From Patescibacteria group bacterium (GTDB taxonomy: Bacteria > Patescibacteriota > Minisyncoccia > Phycocordibacterales > JACOZG01): a DNA stretch of 64,000 nt. How positions within the stretch are numbered: the first letter of the stretch is position 1; each line of letters starts with the position of its first letter. The DNA lies in the NCBI GenBank assembly GCA_038064435.1, contig JBBTTC010000004.1:3615-67614 (forward strand), given 5' to 3'. Of this stretch, positions 11,571-21,001 are shown in pieces. The notes below the pieces were generated by a model. That model searched no databases. It saw nothing but the letters and a program-made list of their open reading frames with translations, and was not told the DNA's origin. The translations under genes were made by a program, and so were the position numbers.

Positions 11571-12047
11571 TTAGGAACAGGAAGCAGCCGCAGCGCCACC
11601 TCCAATGGCCGCACCGGCTTTGGCTACACCAGCACTATTAACACACCATGATGTCGTATCTGGTAGGGTAGCCGAGACGGCCCAAGATGATGCCGCCGTT
11701 CCACCAGCAGCAGCCGTAAGATCACTGGATACACACTGAGCATCAGCATTAGCGTACGCGCCCTCTACGGCCACAATAGCTTGATTGATGTTGGTGTCAG
11801 CAAACAGAGTACTTGCTGTCGCCGCGCAATCGCCCAAATCGAAATCGGTGCCATAGCTTGTATTGTTGTCATAAAAAATCTCGGCTGAAGTCCTGATGCC
11901 AGCCATGTTTCCCTTAATAGCCCCGATGGTGCCTTTCTGGCGTGCTGTGTTCAAACTAGCCAGCACAATACCCGACAGGATGCCGATGATAGCAATAACG
12001 ACCAGAAGCTCGATGAGGGTAAAACCTCGTTTATAATTCTTACTCAT
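11571..12047 (-). CDS. type IV pilin (major pilin candidate)
   Basis: Class III signal KRGFTLIELLVVIAIIGIL; about 158 aa; C-terminal SWCVNS...C loop; sits between pilC and pilD. Confidence 0.8.
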   Translation of the reverse strand: MSKNYKRGFTLIELLVVIAIIGILSGIVLASLNTARQKGTIGAIKGNMAGIRTSAEIFYDNNTSYGTDFDLGDCAATASTLFADTNINQAIVAVEGAYANADAQCVSSDLTAAAGGTAASSWAVSATLPDTTSWCVNSAGVAKAGAAIGGGAAAASCS

Positions 12048-12153
12048 TATTTTCTTGAAAAACTTACTATTATCTACGACCAAATTGTTAATAAATGACG
12101 GCGTTCATTATAAACCCCCGCCCCAAACTGGCCAAGCGACCTGTGGATAACCA

Positions 12154-13359
12154 CTAGATGCCGGAAGCCAAATTGTAGATCGGCATGAGCACCGAGGTGA
12201 GCAACACGCCCACCATGAGGCCCAGAACCACGATCATGGCCGGCTCGATAAGGTCCACCAAGGTGCGGATCTCCTGTTCCACTTCGCGCCGGTAAAAACG
12301 CGACAGAGTGGAAAGTACGAAGCTCAATTTGCCCGATTCTTCGCCCACTTTGATCATCTGGATCATGATGTTAGGAATCTCGTGATATTTGTAGAAAATG
12401 GCTGACATTTGCCCGCCACCCTTGATCGTCTCGCTAGCCTCTTTAAGAATCTCGCGATAAATTTCACTGCCCACCACTTCGGAAGTAATTTCCAGCGCCC
12501 GCACCATGGAGATGCCGCTGGAAAGCATGGTACTCAAATTATCGGCCATGCGTGAGAGATAAATTTTTTGATACAGGCGGCCGACGTAGGGCACGGTGAG
12601 CTTAAAGCGGGCCAAGCTAGACCGACCGCCACCCGTACGCAAGTAACGCTGAAAGAAAAAGGTTAAAATGCCCAGCACGATCAAAAGCGGCGCCCAGTAA
12701 TTAATAAAGAAGTCGCTAACGCCGATGACGATGCGCGTGTAGATTGGTAGAGTCTGCCCCGTCTCGAGCAAAATGACACTCAACTTGGGAATAACTAAAG
12801 TGATCATCAAGATCATCACCACAATAAAGGAAACGATGACAAATAGCGGGTAAATTAGGGCGTTTTTAGCCTTGGACGTGAGTTCGAAAGCCCGCTCTAA
12901 GTAATCGGCCAAATAGGTAAAGTTATCCGACATTTTGCCCGACTCTTCACCAGCCTGAACCATGTGAACATAAAAATCAGAAAAAACTTTGGGGTGCTTG
13001 AGCAGGGCGCCGGAGATGGGCACGCCGCTCTTGATGTCGTCGGTGATCTCGGTGAGAACGTGGCGAAAGTAAGGATTGTCGGTCTCGGCGGCCAGCATGC
13101 GAAAGGTGGCCAAAGCCGAGACCTTGGCCTCAAACATGGTGGCGATCTGCCGCGACACCAAAACAATATCTTTATTTTTTACCTTGTGGCCAAGATGAAA
13201 GTGTTGACCGAGAAAACCAGTTTCGTCTTCAGCGTTAATGTCCACAATCACCAAGCCGCGCGTTTGCAGTGAGGTGATGGCGATGTTGACGTTAGGCGCG
13301 TCAATCGAGCCAGATTGCTGTTTCCCCTCTTTATCAACCGCCTGATAATTAAAAATCAT
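12154..13359 (-). CDS. pilC: type IV pilus platform protein PilC (GspF family)
   Basis: 401 aa, duplicated T2SS-F domain architecture with 3 TM segments. Confidence 0.9.
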   Translation of the reverse strand: MIFNYQAVDKEGKQQSGSIDAPNVNIAITSLQTRGLVIVDINAEDETGFLGQHFHLGHKVKNKDIVLVSRQIATMFEAKVSALATFRMLAAETDNPYFRHVLTEITDDIKSGVPISGALLKHPKVFSDFYVHMVQAGEESGKMSDNFTYLADYLERAFELTSKAKNALIYPLFVIVSFIVVMILMITLVIPKLSVILLETGQTLPIYTRIVIGVSDFFINYWAPLLIVLGILTFFFQRYLRTGGGRSSLARFKLTVPYVGRLYQKIYLSRMADNLSTMLSSGISMVRALEITSEVVGSEIYREILKEASETIKGGGQMSAIFYKYHEIPNIMIQMIKVGEESGKLSFVLSTLSRFYRREVEQEIRTLVDLIEPAMIVVLGLMVGVLLTSVLMPIYNLASGI

Positions 13360-14420
13360 AGCAGGCGATCCAAACTCTTGGGATTAAGCGAGTAGCGGTA
13401 GGCCACTTCGGCCGAGATCTGACTGCTACGCACCAGCTCGGACAAAGAATGATTGAGATCGATCATGCCTTGGTCGGAGCCGGTTTCGATCACCACATCA
13501 ATTTCCGGCGTGCGGCCCTCACGGATCAAGTTGGAAACAGCGTTGTTGTTAACCAAAAGCTCGTAGGCCGGTATTAGGCCGCCAGCGAGACGCGGCACTA
13601 GGCGCTGGGAGAAAATGCCGAGCAAACTGCCGGCTAGCTGAACGCGAATCTGGCGCTGTTGGTTGGGCGGGAAAGAGTCAATGATGCGGTCGATGGTTTG
13701 CGAGGCGCTATTGGTATGCAAGGTAGAAAAAATCAAGTGGCCGGTCTCGGCGGCGGTGACGGCGGTGGCGATGGTGTCGGGCTCGCGCATCTCGCCAATC
13801 ATGGCCACATTCACGTCTTGACGAAACATGGCGCGGAGGGCGGAATGGAAGTCGGCGGTATCAAACTTAACCTCGCGCTGATCAATAATGGAGCGATCGT
13901 TTTGAAAAATGTATTCCACTGGATCTTCGATCGTTACAATATGCTCGGCCCGCTCGGTGTTGATGAGTTGAATCATGGAAGCCAAGGTAGTGGACTTGCC
14001 CTGCCCAACCGGGCCGACTAAAAGGAAAAAGCCCTGCTCGCGACGCGTAAATTCCGTCAAGCGATCGGGCAAATTGAGTTCGGAAATTGATTTGATTTTG
14101 TTGGGAATAAGACGAAAAGAAGCGCCCACCACGCCCTTTTGGTAAAAAGCGTTGCCGCGAAAGCGTAAACCGCCAGCCACGCTGTAAGAAAAGTCGATGT
14201 CTTTCTTTTTGAGAAAGACTTCTCGATTGCCCTCGCTTAACGCCTCGGTAATTAAACCAATGGTGTCGGCCGGGGTGAGCTCGGGTTTTTTTACAATCGG
14301 AATTAAATCGCCCGAGACCCGAATAGTGGGATGGCGACCAACCGTTAAGTGCAGATCAGAGGCACCCTCGCGCGCCACGATCACCACCAAATCTTCTAAC
14401 TCTTTTTTGTAGTCGGTCAT
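13356..14420 (-). CDS. pilT: type IV pilus retraction ATPase PilT
   Basis: 354 aa, Walker A GPVGQGKSTT, PilT-length secretion ATPase. Confidence 0.85.
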   Translation of the reverse strand: MTDYKKELEDLVVIVAREGASDLHLTVGRHPTIRVSGDLIPIVKKPELTPADTIGLITEALSEGNREVFLKKKDIDFSYSVAGGLRFRGNAFYQKGVVGASFRLIPNKIKSISELNLPDRLTEFTRREQGFFLLVGPVGQGKSTTLASMIQLINTERAEHIVTIEDPVEYIFQNDRSIIDQREVKFDTADFHSALRAMFRQDVNVAMIGEMREPDTIATAVTAAETGHLIFSTLHTNSASQTIDRIIDSFPPNQQRQIRVQLAGSLLGIFSQRLVPRLAGGLIPAYELLVNNNAVSNLIREGRTPEIDVVIETGSDQGMIDLNHSLSELVRSSQISAEVAYRYSLNPKSLDRLL

Positions 14421-14836
14421 GATTTAAAAGCTGGCGGTACGGCTCGACCTAATTTTAACTGCTTCTGACCGGCAATCTCTTTGACCTTGGCCACCACCTC
14501 GGACGGCGTGGAGCTGGCCTTAACGATGTAACCGTCCACACCAAGGGTTAACGCTCGTTCAATATCATCCTTCTGTCCCAAATTGGAGAGAACGATGACC
14601 GTGGCGCGTCCCGTTACACCTTTATTGGCCAATTCTTGAATAAGTTGGAAGCCGTCCATGCCGGGCATGATGATGTCGATAAGGCAAATATCGGGCTGGA
14701 GACTGCCCGACACCTTCTCCAACGCTTCAGCGCCACTCATAGCCGACTCGATCGAGTAACCCAACTCCGAAAATTTGAGTGAGTACATATCGATCAAAAA
14801 CTTATCATCATCCACCAGCAAGATTTTTTCAGCCAT
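14417..14836 (-). CDS. single-domain response regulator (CheY/PilH-like receiver)
   Basis: Receiver-domain motifs LLVDDD...IDIIMPGMDG...K. Confidence 0.8.
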   Translation of the reverse strand: MAEKILLVDDDKFLIDMYSLKFSELGYSIESAMSGAEALEKVSGSLQPDICLIDIIMPGMDGFQLIQELANKGVTGRATVIVLSNLGQKDDIERALTLGVDGYIVKASSTPSEVVAKVKEIAGQKQLKLGRAVPPAFKS

Positions 14837-14851
14837 ACTTATATAATTATA

Positions 14852-16423
14852 TTACAGCTTACTCACCTCTTCAAATGGGATCTGCCCGGCAAAAGCCTTG
14901 ATTAGGGCATCCTCCCGCATGGTCAAAAAACCGTTGTGCCGAGCGGCTTTGTGGATGTCTTCTTCGGTGGGTTTAGTAAGCATCATATTTTCCACCTCGG
15001 GCGTGATACGCAAAACCTCAAACGCAGCAATACGGCCGCGCGTACCGCCCGGGCAGGTGGGTGAACGACTGGCGCGATAAACTTGGGCCGGCGGCTGGAG
15101 GCGCCCCTGCGCCTCCTTGGGAACCTCGGCCAAAATACTCTCAACCATGGCCTTAACACCACCCTCCACCGGCACTGCTTCTTTGGAATCGGCACACAAG
15201 AGCGGCACCAAACGTTGACCAATGGCCAGCACCAAGGTGGCAGCAATTAAGTATGGCTCGACACCCATGTCGACCAAACGCGGGATCACGCCGGCGGCAC
15301 TGTTGGTGTGCAAAGTGGCCAACACTAGGTGGCCGGTGAGTGAGGCCTGCACGGCCAAACGCGCCGTTTCTTCGTCGCGAATTTCGCCAACCATGATGAT
15401 GTCGGGGTCTTGACGCAAAATCGAGCGCAAACCGTTGGCAAAAGTATATTCAATCTCGGGCCGAACCTGGGATTGATTAACACCAGCAATGTTGTACTCA
15501 ATTGGATCTTCCAAACTAACAGCATTGTTTTTCTCTTTATCCAGCTCGTGAAGCATGGCATAGAGCGTGGTCGTTTTACCCGAGCCCGTTGGACCAGTGA
15601 CCAAAACTAAACCGTAGGGACGCTTAAGAATCTCGCGGATCACCACTAAATTCTCGTCACTCAAGCCGAGACCCGACATGTTGATAATATTTTTCTCCGG
15701 ATCAAGAATACGGATCACCACCTTCTCGCCAAAGTATGTTGGCAAGGTAGAAACACGGAAATCGATCTTGCGATTATCGATCCGGGCCGAGAAACGTCCG
15801 TCTTGTGGTTTGCGTCGCTCATCCAGTTTCATATTGGTCAAAATTTTGATGCGAGCCACCACCGCCTCATGCACCGAGGTAGGCAAAAACAAACTAGTAA
15901 ATAAAGCCCCATCGACACGAAAACGCACCTTAATATTGTCGGTCGACGGCTCAATGTGGATGTCGGAAGCATTGCCAGAAACAGCGTGTTGTAAAATCAC
16001 GGCCACAATTTTGGTTACCGGCGCCTCTTCCACAATCGTGGAACCAGTTTTAGCCGAGGTGATCTCACTCTTCAGCGCCGTCTCTGATTCTTCAGCCTTG
16101 ATTTCAGCATCCAGATCGCCCAAAGCCTTTGAAACCTGAGTCGTTAATGCCTCATAGCTGTTGATAACACGATTAAAATCGGCTTCAGAAATTAGAAAAA
16201 CCTTAAAAGGTAGCCCGAGACGCGAAGTGATAAACTGCAGAGCGTCACGAGCTTCAATATTGGTAGGCTCCGTCATGCCCACTTCGAGCACACCGTCGGC
16301 CAAACCGATCGGCACAAAACGATAGTAAGCCGCCGAACTACGGGAAATGTACTTTAAAACCTCGGGCGAGATACGCTCGTCCTCACCCAACTGACGACTT
16401 GGTACCTTAAGATCGCTATCCAT
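14852..16423 (-). CDS. pilB: type IV pilus assembly ATPase PilB (GspE family)
   Basis: 523 aa with N-terminal GspE-N domain, Walker A GPTGSGKTTT and tetracysteine motif. Confidence 0.9.
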   Translation of the reverse strand: MDSDLKVPSRQLGEDERISPEVLKYISRSSAAYYRFVPIGLADGVLEVGMTEPTNIEARDALQFITSRLGLPFKVFLISEADFNRVINSYEALTTQVSKALGDLDAEIKAEESETALKSEITSAKTGSTIVEEAPVTKIVAVILQHAVSGNASDIHIEPSTDNIKVRFRVDGALFTSLFLPTSVHEAVVARIKILTNMKLDERRKPQDGRFSARIDNRKIDFRVSTLPTYFGEKVVIRILDPEKNIINMSGLGLSDENLVVIREILKRPYGLVLVTGPTGSGKTTTLYAMLHELDKEKNNAVSLEDPIEYNIAGVNQSQVRPEIEYTFANGLRSILRQDPDIIMVGEIRDEETARLAVQASLTGHLVLATLHTNSAAGVIPRLVDMGVEPYLIAATLVLAIGQRLVPLLCADSKEAVPVEGGVKAMVESILAEVPKEAQGRLQPPAQVYRASRSPTCPGGTRGRIAAFEVLRITPEVENMMLTKPTEEDIHKAARHNGFLTMREDALIKAFAGQIPFEEVSKL

Positions 16424-16818
16424 TAGCGACGATTAGTAGTTGAAGCCGAGCTGCCCGATGTACTAGCCACCGCGGCGGCCTCAACACCGATGGGCAAGAA
16501 AGGATTGGGTCGACCCTTGGGCTGACGCTGAAGAACAACGCTGTGATCTTGGAGTCCGCGCAAAAACAGGGGGGAAGTTAAAAATTCGTCAGTCAGGTTA
16601 ATTCTCTGCATGGCGGCAATGAGACGTAAAAATTGATCATTGGCTTGGGCGGTGTCGGTGAGACCGCCTTCGAGAAAACCGGCCGGCCGCAAACCATCTG
16701 GCTCGGGCGGAGTGGCCTCACCAAACAACCACCAATAACCAGCAAAAATCGCTACCGCCACAAGACCAAAAACTATCACCGCCAAAATTGGTTTTTTTGT
16801 CATCATGTTTTTAGCCAA
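16423..16818 (-). CDS. small membrane protein in pilus assembly operon (PilP-like position)
   Basis: 131 aa, single N-terminal TM; translationally coupled to pilB. Confidence 0.4.
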   Translation of the reverse strand: MAKNMMTKKPILAVIVFGLVAVAIFAGYWWLFGEATPPEPDGLRPAGFLEGGLTDTAQANDQFLRLIAAMQRINLTDEFLTSPLFLRGLQDHSVVLQRQPKGRPNPFLPIGVEAAAVASTSGSSASTTNRR

Positions 16819-17345
16819 TAAGTTTGCAGTTCAACATTGTAAGTTGACGGGCTTTCGTTGGCCGCCGTAAAACCGAGGCTCACCACATCAACCACGCGCA
16901 AGCTGTTGGCCAACTCATTGAGTAGTATCTTAAGCTGATCGTAAGAAGCCGTCACAGCAAAGCTTACGCCGAGCGGCTCGGGCACGGTCACCGTCCGCTC
17001 ATCCGCCACAGCGGACTCCTGCTCGCTAGTGCGAACCGAAATATTTTTAACCACCAAACCAAGGCCACGAGCGATGCTATTGATTTCAATAATTAAACGA
17101 ACGTTGTCGATATGGTCGGGTAAAAGCTTTTTGAGACGAGTTTTTTGGTCTGATGAAATATTGTTATAGTCAGCCAAGAGCGCATCGTAAATTTCTCGCG
17201 ACTGCTTGGCCGTGTCTAAAACTTCCTGCAATTCGTCACGACGAAGCTTAAGGGTGTTAACCTCTTGCATCCATGGATCGGTAAGATAGAAAAAACCGGC
17301 AATCGCCCCGCCAATTAGCAACAATGGTAAAAACAATCTAATCAT
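16803..17345 (-). CDS. PilO-like pilus assembly protein
   Basis: N-terminal TM then coiled-coil, 180 aa, between the PilN-like ORF and pilB. Confidence 0.55.
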   Translation of the reverse strand: MIRLFLPLLLIGGAIAGFFYLTDPWMQEVNTLKLRRDELQEVLDTAKQSREIYDALLADYNNISSDQKTRLKKLLPDHIDNVRLIIEINSIARGLGLVVKNISVRTSEQESAVADERTVTVPEPLGVSFAVTASYDQLKILLNELANSLRVVDVVSLGFTAANESPSTYNVELQTYWLKT

Positions 17346-17974
17346 GGTGTGGAATTATCGAGATAACGTTGGTAGGAAACGAGTTCCGGCGCCAGATCAA
17401 GCGTGAGCTTAAAACCGACTCGACCATTGTCACCCAAAACAAGGTCGGAGAAAACGAATTTGCTGATCTCCCGACCGGCCTCAGCGCCCAGCTCATCCGA
17501 CTGCAAAGCAATACTCTCGTAACCGGCCGCTTTGCCACTTAAAACCACTTGCCCCTCACGATAATTAAAATTATCGTAACTAATAGTCTTTAACGTTTGA
17601 GCTTCAAGTAAATCGAAAACTGGCAAAAGGGTTAGGTGCCCGCCAATCACACTCTTCGCCCCCTGCAACCGATCATAAAAAGACTGGATGTCGGCAATTA
17701 ATTGTTGATCAAGCTCCTGCCGCTGACGTTCTAACTTGGCCTCCAAACCACAATTGATCGTGGTTGAGTCAAGACTAGTTTCGCAAGGACGCTTTATTTC
17801 ACTAGTTAAATAGGAGCGAAAAGCGTAAACACCACCAGCAAACAAAAAACTTACCACAAACACTAACGTGCTTAAAATCATAAACAGACTACGTGGTTCA
17901 TGCCGGCGACTTGGGCCAGTGGCCAAAACCTGTTTGGGTATAAACGAAGTGTTGTCGTGATTATCCATAGCCAA
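17342..17974 (-). CDS. PilN-like pilus assembly protein
   Basis: Short cytoplasmic N-terminus, TM, coiled-coil periplasmic region; follows pilM. Confidence 0.55.
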   Translation of the reverse strand: MAMDNHDNTSFIPKQVLATGPSRRHEPRSLFMILSTLVFVVSFLFAGGVYAFRSYLTSEIKRPCETSLDSTTINCGLEAKLERQRQELDQQLIADIQSFYDRLQGAKSVIGGHLTLLPVFDLLEAQTLKTISYDNFNYREGQVVLSGKAAGYESIALQSDELGAEAGREISKFVFSDLVLGDNGRVGFKLTLDLAPELVSYQRYLDNSTP

Positions 17975-19078
17975 TTATCTTAATTCAGCCAATTGCCGAA
18001 GGGCCAAGCCAGTGGCCACGGCAAAGCCGGGGCCGGTGGATGCCAGAGCTTTTTCCAAAAAGGCCGGGGCCTGGGTTTTGGCAAAAGGGTTGCCCAACTC
18101 CACCGGCGCAGCAAAACTTTTGGCCGCCATCTCGAGCAAACCCTTAAGTAGGGCGCCACCGCCCAACAAAACTATTTTACTCACGGCTCGTTTTTGCTGT
18201 TCTTGATAAAGCATTAAAACTTTATTGGTTTCAGAAAATATATACTCGACGATAGTGTTGACCGTGCTGGAAATGTCACCGCCCTCCAGATGTTCCACCA
18301 GCCCCACTCGCCGCTTGATCTCCTCAGCCTTAGCAAAATCAACTCCGAGGGCCCGAGCGATGCTAAGGGTAATATCCTGCGCTCCCTTACCAATAGTGTG
18401 CGACAGTCGAACAATGCCATAATCCACTACCGTTACCTTGCTGGTGGAGGCACCGATGTCTAAAATAACGGTGACCGTCATTTCGCCAGAAAAGACCGCT
18501 CGCAGGGCACTGAAGGTCTCGATTTCAAAAAACGCTGGCGTTAATCCCTTGGCCTGACTGATGTCGCGATATTGGCTAATCGTCTCTTGGTGAATGGCGG
18601 CGACTAACACCTGCGTCTTTTTTTCTCCACCTTCACTCCTCACGGCCGGTGGCGGAATCACCCACCAATCTAACTCCACTTCCGAGATCGGCACCGGCAC
18701 ATACTTCCGCGCCTCAATCGGAATCACCTTAGTGAGAGTGGCGGCCGGAATATTGCCCGGCAAGGTAACCATAACCAACAAACTAGAGCGCAAGGGTATG
18801 GCCAAGGCGCAACTAGCGGCCGTGACGCTGGCTTCAGTAAAAAGGTCGGTTAATAGTTGGGCCGTCTTCTCATTATTAAGACGTGCCACCTGACTTACGG
18901 CCAGATCGGCATAGGGACCGATCGCCAGTTCACCATAAGTTTCTAACACGGCCTGACCTTTGTCCTTTTTTAGTTGAACCACCTTGACCGACGACGAGCC
19001 AATATCAATACCCACCACTTGGGTTGATTTTTTTTGCCAAAGACCAAAACTAAAAAACTTTTCTAGCGGCCTCACCAT
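17975..19078 (-). CDS. pilM: type IV pilus assembly protein PilM (actin-like ATPase fold)
   Basis: VGIDIGSSSVKVV phosphate-1 motif, 367 aa. Confidence 0.85.
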   Translation of the reverse strand: MVRPLEKFFSFGLWQKKSTQVVGIDIGSSSVKVVQLKKDKGQAVLETYGELAIGPYADLAVSQVARLNNEKTAQLLTDLFTEASVTAASCALAIPLRSSLLVMVTLPGNIPAATLTKVIPIEARKYVPVPISEVELDWWVIPPPAVRSEGGEKKTQVLVAAIHQETISQYRDISQAKGLTPAFFEIETFSALRAVFSGEMTVTVILDIGASTSKVTVVDYGIVRLSHTIGKGAQDITLSIARALGVDFAKAEEIKRRVGLVEHLEGGDISSTVNTIVEYIFSETNKVLMLYQEQQKRAVSKIVLLGGGALLKGLLEMAAKSFAAPVELGNPFAKTQAPAFLEKALASTGPGFAVATGLALRQLAELR

Positions 19079-19125
19079 AACATTATGATAACATACTTAA
19101 TGCTATGGATTGATAGAATTGTAGC

Positions 19126-19788
19126 ATGTGGTTGAGCATGTTTATCCACAGTTTACTAAATTTAATTTTACCGGCTCGATGTTTTGGTTGTGGTTCTGGT
19201 GGTGACTATCTCTGCACGGCCTGTTTGCAAGCCGCACCAACGGCCGAGATTGACGACACTGGCGTTGAAGCACTGTTTGATTATCGACATCCACCTATCC
19301 AGCGCGCCATTTGGGCCTTAAAATACCGCCACGCTAGTTCGATTGCCGATATTTTTGCCGGCGCGCTTGGGGCACGATTACTGGATGAAGTGGCCGACGA
19401 GCGTTGGGTCCGGCCGGGTCGCGGCACGCCGGTGATCATTACCGGCGTGCCGCTCTGGCCAGCGCGTGAGCGCTGGCGCGGCTTTAATCAAGCCGCCGCC
19501 CTAGCCAAAAGTGTAGCCAAAAAATCACCGTTTCCGCTCGAATTCCGCTCTGACATTCTGATTAAAATTAAAAATACTCCGCCGCAGGTTTCGCTCAACA
19601 GCCGAGCGACCCGACAAAAAAATGTCCGCGGCGCTTTTGCCGCTGGGCGGCCGGCGGCGGTTGCCGGCCGCGATATCATCGTCCTCGACGACGTCACCAC
19701 CACCGGCGCCACCCTCACTGAGGCGGGCCGAGCGCTCGGCGCGGTCGGCGTTGGTTCCGTCTTCACCATCGCCGTAGCTCGCGGGTAA
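19126..19788 (+). CDS. comFC: ComF family competence protein (phosphoribosyltransferase domain)
   Basis: N-terminal Cys4 zinc finger plus PRTase motif IIVLDDVTTTGATL. Confidence 0.85.
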   Translation: MWLSMFIHSLLNLILPARCFGCGSGGDYLCTACLQAAPTAEIDDTGVEALFDYRHPPIQRAIWALKYRHASSIADIFAGALGARLLDEVADERWVRPGRGTPVIITGVPLWPARERWRGFNQAAALAKSVAKKSPFPLEFRSDILIKIKNTPPQVSLNSRATRQKNVRGAFAAGRPAAVAGRDIIVLDDVTTTGATLTEAGRALGAVGVGSVFTIAVARG

Positions 19789-19832
19789 AAAATGTGTTAG
19801 GTTGATGATCGTTACAGAGATAATTGAGCAAT

Positions 19833-19919
19833 GGAGAGTTGGCTGAGTGGTCGAAAGCGCCTCACTGCTAACGAGGTAGGGGGTTACTCCCCTCGTGGGT
19901 TCGAATCCCACACTCTCCG
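19833..19919 (+). tRNA. tRNA-Ser (anticodon GCT)
   Basis: GGAGAGT acceptor, long variable arm, anticodon loop CTGCTAA, T-arm GGGTTCGAATCCC. Confidence 0.85.
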
Positions 19920-19925
19920 AACGCA

Positions 19926-19941
19926 GTCCGCGGCGGCGGAC
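19926..19941. repeat. GC-rich hairpin gtccgcggcggcggac (variant of the recurring 16-nt palindrome)
   Basis: Seven nt past the tRNA-Ser 3' end; related copies at 36110, 36491 and 39377. Confidence 0.7.
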
Positions 19942-20111
19942 AAGTGAGGAGAGTGAGCGAGCCAACTGCTTGGCTCGCGTTGGGATTCGAACGGCGGAGT
20001 GCTCGATTTTTATCAAAAAATCGGCACGAGCCGGTGCCCAGACCGATCCGCCTTGGGCGGAGAGAGTCGCGGGCGAATCCTACGCATTTCGCGTCAATTA
20101 AAATACACGCC

Positions 20112-20732
20112 ATGGCAAATCAAATAACACACATAGTTTTGGCAGAGAGAATATCGGATCAACTTTTTAAAAAATTTACTCGACATACATTTCTTGTGGG
20201 GACGGTTTTTCCTGATATTCGATACCTAAAAGTAATCGAGCGCGATAAAACTCATTTTAAAGGATTAACTTTGGAGGATATTTTGAACGAAACCAGTCCT
20301 TTCGTTGCTGGTATGAAATATCACAGTTTGGTCGACGAAGTTCGGGAAAAATACGTGATCGAAAAGAACATTTACCAATTTTTTCCTGCCTCGAAATTTA
20401 TCAAGCACGCCCTTAAAACCTACGAGGATGAGATCTTATACAATAAAGTTTCTGACTGGAGCGAAATCGTAAAATATTTTGACATCATTGCCGACGGAGA
20501 AATAAAACTTGTCGAGCAGTCTGACAAGCTTAAATTGTGGCATTCGGTAATTCAAGAATATTTTAAGGAATCGCCAACCGACAATTCTCGCCGGGGCTTT
20601 GTTCTTGGGATTGGATTTTCTGATGAAATTGCGAGTGAAATAAATGGACTGATTGATAAAATGCGACAAATTCCGGAGGTTCGTGAAATCATCTTAGATT
20701 TATATAATAATTGGGATTCACTCGTACAATGA
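20112..20732 (+). CDS. hypothetical protein (AT-rich island)
   Basis: 207-aa ORF in a low-GC region downstream of tRNA-Ser. Confidence 0.5.
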   Translation: MANQITHIVLAERISDQLFKKFTRHTFLVGTVFPDIRYLKVIERDKTHFKGLTLEDILNETSPFVAGMKYHSLVDEVREKYVIEKNIYQFFPASKFIKHALKTYEDEILYNKVSDWSEIVKYFDIIADGEIKLVEQSDKLKLWHSVIQEYFKESPTDNSRRGFVLGIGFSDEIASEINGLIDKMRQIPEVREIILDLYNNWDSLVQ

Positions 20733-20757
20733 CCAAATCAAATATATACTGCTTGAT

Positions 20758-20994
20758 ATGAATATAGTGACCGGAAAATATCGCCACTACAAGGGCAAGG
20801 AATATGAAGTGGTTGGCGTGGCTAAACACAGCGAAACTCTGGAAGAGCTCGTGGTCTACCGAGCTTTGTATGGCAATCACGATCTGTGGGTCAGGCCGAC
20901 TAAGATGTTTCTGGAATCAGTCGAGGTTGATGGAAAATTGATTCTGCGCTTCCAGTTTGTGGAAAATCGATCTTTCCTCGGCGCACACCAATAA
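20758..20994 (+). CDS. DUF1653-like small protein
   Basis: YRHYKGKEYEVVGVAKHSETLEELVVYRALY...WVRP resembles DUF1653. Confidence 0.55.
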   Translation: MNIVTGKYRHYKGKEYEVVGVAKHSETLEELVVYRALYGNHDLWVRPTKMFLESVEVDGKLILRFQFVENRSFLGAHQ

Positions 20995-21001
20995 AAAAAC
21001 C

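Noticed and set aside
12964-13272. Antisense ORFs inside pilC, pilT, pilB, copB, ftsH and the CsgG-like gene (e.g. 12964..13272, 13659..14021, 24582..24935, 37470..37925, 42653..43126)
   Set aside because: These are long open frames expected on the opposite strand of high-GC coding DNA. They have no RBS or domain signal and overlap strongly supported genes.
19525-20113. Minus-strand ORFs covering tRNA-Ser and its flank (19525..20016, 19868..20113)
   Set aside because: They overlap a clear tRNA and the tRNA-like/palindrome element, so they are unlikely to be coding.
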